The translations under genes were made by a program, and so were the position numbers. Source: a virus. Taken from it: 10,448 nt of DNA. Below are positions 7,787 through 10,448 of the stretch, piece after piece. Location of the stretch: the UHGV virus genome UHGV-0227753; one strand, 5' to 3'. The notes below the pieces were generated by a model, which made no database searches, had not been told where the DNA came from, and saw only the letters and a program-made list of their open reading frames with translations. Within the stretch, counting starts at the first letter, position 1. Each line of letters starts with the position of its first letter.

Positions 7787-8115
7787 CAGTTCACCACCTG
7801 TTCAAACTCTGCGCTGAACTCAACACGCAACATACTGACCCGCGACGACCATTTTGCGCAGGTCACCTTTATCTGCCGGTAGCCATAAGGCGGCGTCCAC
7901 AGAAAGGCCTTCCAGCCCCCGTGCTCAGCCAGAAACGATTCCAGTGCCGTGGCCTCCTCGCGGGGAACAGAAAGCGTCACGCTGTACGTTTTCAGGTCAG
8001 CGTTCAGCCCGGCAGGCGCACGCTGAGAATAGCCATCACCAAAGCGCACCTTTATTACGGAAGGGGCCGAAGCCACATCCATACCGGGTTTCACTTTCCA
8101 GCGGAAGGTTTTCAT
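7786..8115 (-). CDS. M: Tail tip assembly protein M
   Basis: 109-aa ORF MKTFRWKVKPGMDVASAPSVIKVRFGDGYSQRAPAGLNADLKTYSVTLSVPREEAT...EFEQVVN, matching lambda M (109 aa) as recalled. A strong GGAGGTGG Shine-Dalgarno lies just upstream. Its start overlaps the H stop in an ATGA arrangement. Confidence 0.95.
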   Translation of the reverse strand: MKTFRWKVKPGMDVASAPSVIKVRFGDGYSQRAPAGLNADLKTYSVTLSVPREEATALESFLAEHGGWKAFLWTPPYGYRQIKVTCAKWSSRVSMLRVEFSAEFEQVVN

Positions 8116-10448
8116 CGTCCACCTCCGGAGAACAGACCACCATCACGGGACTGCTGTTGCATAAAGTCCGCTGCTGCTTTTTTCCCGAGGTCATAAACCA
8201 CCTTCAGGGCAGCCGGACCTATCTGCCCGTTCGTGCCATCGTTATTGATCTCGATGTTGTACTGCGGGGCAAACATCGCCATACCTGAACCACCAATATC
8301 CGCCACAACCCCCAGCTTACCGTCAGCACCACGACGCAGAGGCAGAATGGCTTCAGGCCCAGCTTCCCCCATCACACCTGCACCTTTTGCAAAAGCAAAA
8401 AACGTCGGACGGTTAACCACCGTGCCACTGTAGCGACTCAAATCAGCAGACTGATAAACACCACCATCAGCATTGGGCGTCACACTGGCAGTTGCTGCAC
8501 TCCCCCAGCCAAACGCCGAACCAATCCCCTTAACTGCCTGCATCATGGACATCTGAGCCATGATTTTTGCCAGATCAGAAAGGAGCGAGGCGGTAAAAGA
8601 TTTGAAGTTCAGTTTTCCGGTGGTACAGAATGTAGCCAGTGCATTACCTGCACTATTAAATGCCGCTGTAAGCATCTGCTCCGCAGTGCCTGCCGCATTA
8701 TCCGCATCTGCCGTGAAATTCTGAAACGCCCGCATGGCACCGTTTTTCCAGTTACCCTGAGCAATTTCAAGCTGTTGCCAGTAACGGCGATTCTCATTCA
8801 GTTGCCTGTTCAGGCTCTCCGTCAGCGCCTGCTCGGCCTTTCTGTAGTCATCCGTGTTATATGTCCCTTTCTGCTCACTATCCCGCCTCAACTGCTCCAG
8901 CTGTTGCTGGTATTTCTGGCGAAGGCTCAGTTGTACCTGATATCGCTGCCGCTGCTGATCACCCATACCCACCGTGGCGATATCCAGGTCATGTTGCTGA
9001 CGCTGAGCGCGCTCTTCTTCAGCCAGTTGACTGGTCAGCTGAATTGTTTTTTTCTTCAGATCGTTGAGTGCCGTCTGTTTCTGAAGCTCCTGCTGTTTTA
9101 CATCCAGCAGCGTCAGTGCCTGAATCAGTTCATCTTTACGGGCCAGCACACTCTTTTCATCTGCCGTCAGTTTTTTCCCGTCCAGGTCGCTGATGCGCTG
9201 CTGCAGAGCCAGAAGCTGTTTATGCGCTTCTGTCATCCTGTCAGTGGCAATGCCTGCTGACTGTCTGGCAGCAGCAATCTGTCCTTCCACCTGTGCCTGT
9301 TGCTGGCTGTACTGCAGCAATAACCGGGTGGCCTCATCATTACGGGTTTCGCGTGTTTTTTTCTTACCGGATGCCAGGGCTTTCTCGTAACGTTCATTTT
9401 CACGTTGTATCGCCGCATCCCTGACAGCCTGATCGGCGTACTGCATGGCATTAATACGCGCAATTTCACGCTGATGTCGTGCTGCTTCCGTTTCATTCAT
9501 CCGGTTCAGTGCAGCATTTTCAGCATTACGGCGTTTCTGTTGCTCCTGATAATTCCGCTCTGCCTGCTCTTTTGCATCCTGCAAATCCTTCTGGCGTTTT
9601 TTCTCCTGAAGCTCGTTAAGACGCTGCTGATCGTATTCAACCTGAGAAGATGATGCCGTCCAGGGGAGTCTTTTCGCCCGCGATACTTTCTCCTGCAAAG
9701 TGGCAATCTGCGCATCCAGCGAATCTTCACGACCAATATTCATGGCCGCATCCCAGAACTGCTTCCACCAGTCAGACAAGGTTTGCAGCGTACTACCCAG
9801 CGCATTGAGGTTATTATCAATATCCGCAGTACGCCGACCGGTTTCCTCTGCCAGTGCAGACATGGCTATCCGTGCCGCATCACTGGACCGCCCCTGCTCT
9901 CCAAGGATGCGTATCTGCTCAAGCTGAGTGGCAGTAAGAAAATGCAGCTCATTGTCCAGAGCCTTCGCGGCATTTACAGGATCATCCTTCAGCCGCTTAA
10001 ACTGATTTATGGTATCGCTGATCGACTGGCCAACCGATCGCTCCATCTGTGCGGCAGCTCTCGCCACCATACCGATATCGTTTCCACGAAATGCACCACT
10101 CCCCACCACCTGAGCCAGCGCACCGGCTGCAGCATGTTGCGTGATACCATTCCCGGAAATAGCACGACTGAGCGTCCACAGCTGCCCGGCAGTGACTCCG
10201 GCATAATGCCCCGTCAGCGACAGCTGGCGGTTAAATTCTTCCCCCTCCTTCTGACCGTCATACCAGGCTTTACCCAGACCATAGACGGCCGCGGTAATAC
10301 CGCCAATAACCCCGCCCAGCATCATGCCTTTCGGTGACATCAGTGTGTCTATCCATCCGGCACGGTTAGCCAGCGTTATCCCGGATCCCCTCAGCGCCCC
10401 TAAATTGCCGCGGGCCAGTTCACCTATCAGAACGCCTATCTCCTGGCG
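8112..10448 (-). CDS. H: Tail tape measure protein H, C-terminal ~778 codons; 5' end lies beyond the window end
   Basis: The frame is open from the window edge (10448) to the stop at 8112..8114; I checked 10341..10448 by hand and found no stop. The track start at 10340 is an internal Met. The C-terminus ...NNDGTNGQIGPAALKVVYDLGKKAAADFMQQQSRDGGLFSGGGR matches the lambda H C-terminus as recalled. The body is a long Q/E/R/K-rich predicted coiled-coil typical of tape-measure proteins. Position immediately upstream of M matches lambda. Confidence 0.93.
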   Translation of the reverse strand, partial: RQEIGVLIGELARGNLGALRGSGITLANRAGWIDTLMSPKGMMLGGVIGGITAAVYGLGKAWYDGQKEGEEFNRQLSLTGHYAGVTAGQLWTLSRAISGNGITQHAAAGALAQVVGSGAFRGNDIGMVARAAAQMERSVGQSISDTINQFKRLKDDPVNAAKALDNELHFLTATQLEQIRILGEQGRSSDAARIAMSALAEETGRRTADIDNNLNALGSTLQTLSDWWKQFWDAAMNIGREDSLDAQIATLQEKVSRAKRLPWTASSSQVEYDQQRLNELQEKKRQKDLQDAKEQAERNYQEQQKRRNAENAALNRMNETEAARHQREIARINAMQYADQAVRDAAIQRENERYEKALASGKKKTRETRNDEATRLLLQYSQQQAQVEGQIAAARQSAGIATDRMTEAHKQLLALQQRISDLDGKKLTADEKSVLARKDELIQALTLLDVKQQELQKQTALNDLKKKTIQLTSQLAEEERAQRQQHDLDIATVGMGDQQRQRYQVQLSLRQKYQQQLEQLRRDSEQKGTYNTDDYRKAEQALTESLNRQLNENRRYWQQLEIAQGNWKNGAMRAFQNFTADADNAAGTAEQMLTAAFNSAGNALATFCTTGKLNFKSFTASLLSDLAKIMAQMSMMQAVKGIGSAFGWGSAATASVTPNADGGVYQSADLSRYSGTVVNRPTFFAFAKGAGVMGEAGPEAILPLRRGADGKLGVVADIGGSGMAMFAPQYNIEINNDGTNGQIGPAALKVVYDLGKKAAADFMQQQSRDGGLFSGGGR

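Noticed and set aside
7082-7882. 266-aa plus-strand ORF antisense to L and M
   Set aside because: Overlaps two confidently identified minus-strand genes; no independent support.
8775-9260. 161-aa Leu-rich plus-strand ORF antisense to H, and other short plus ORFs within 7762..10337
   Set aside because: Leu-rich composition is the reverse-complement signature of the Glu/Gln/Lys-rich coiled-coil of H; nested in a confidently called gene.

Overview
This window is a lambdoid (phage lambda-like) tail and tail-tip gene module, almost certainly part of a prophage in an enterobacterial genome. It is fully explained by known genes, and I found no support for a novel or undescribed system. Every real gene is on the minus strand, in the canonical lambda order read from high to low coordinates: H tape-measure (5' end off the window), M, L, K, I, J, then the lom moron, then the start of the side tail fiber gene stf (3' end off the window). 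Identifications rest on my own translation of the minus strand and comparison with lambda protein sequences recalled from memory; no database search was run. M, L, K, I, lom, the first ~1000 residues of J and the first ~460 residues of Stf look near-identical to lambda. Three regions diverge from lambda: the body of H, the last ~100-160 residues of J (the receptor-binding region), and the distal Stf segment at the window start. Intrinsic-terminator-like hairpins flank lom on both sides. All plus-strand ORFs in the supplied track are antisense or alternate-frame artefacts; several sit in the Ala/Ser/Thr-rich repeat region of stf.
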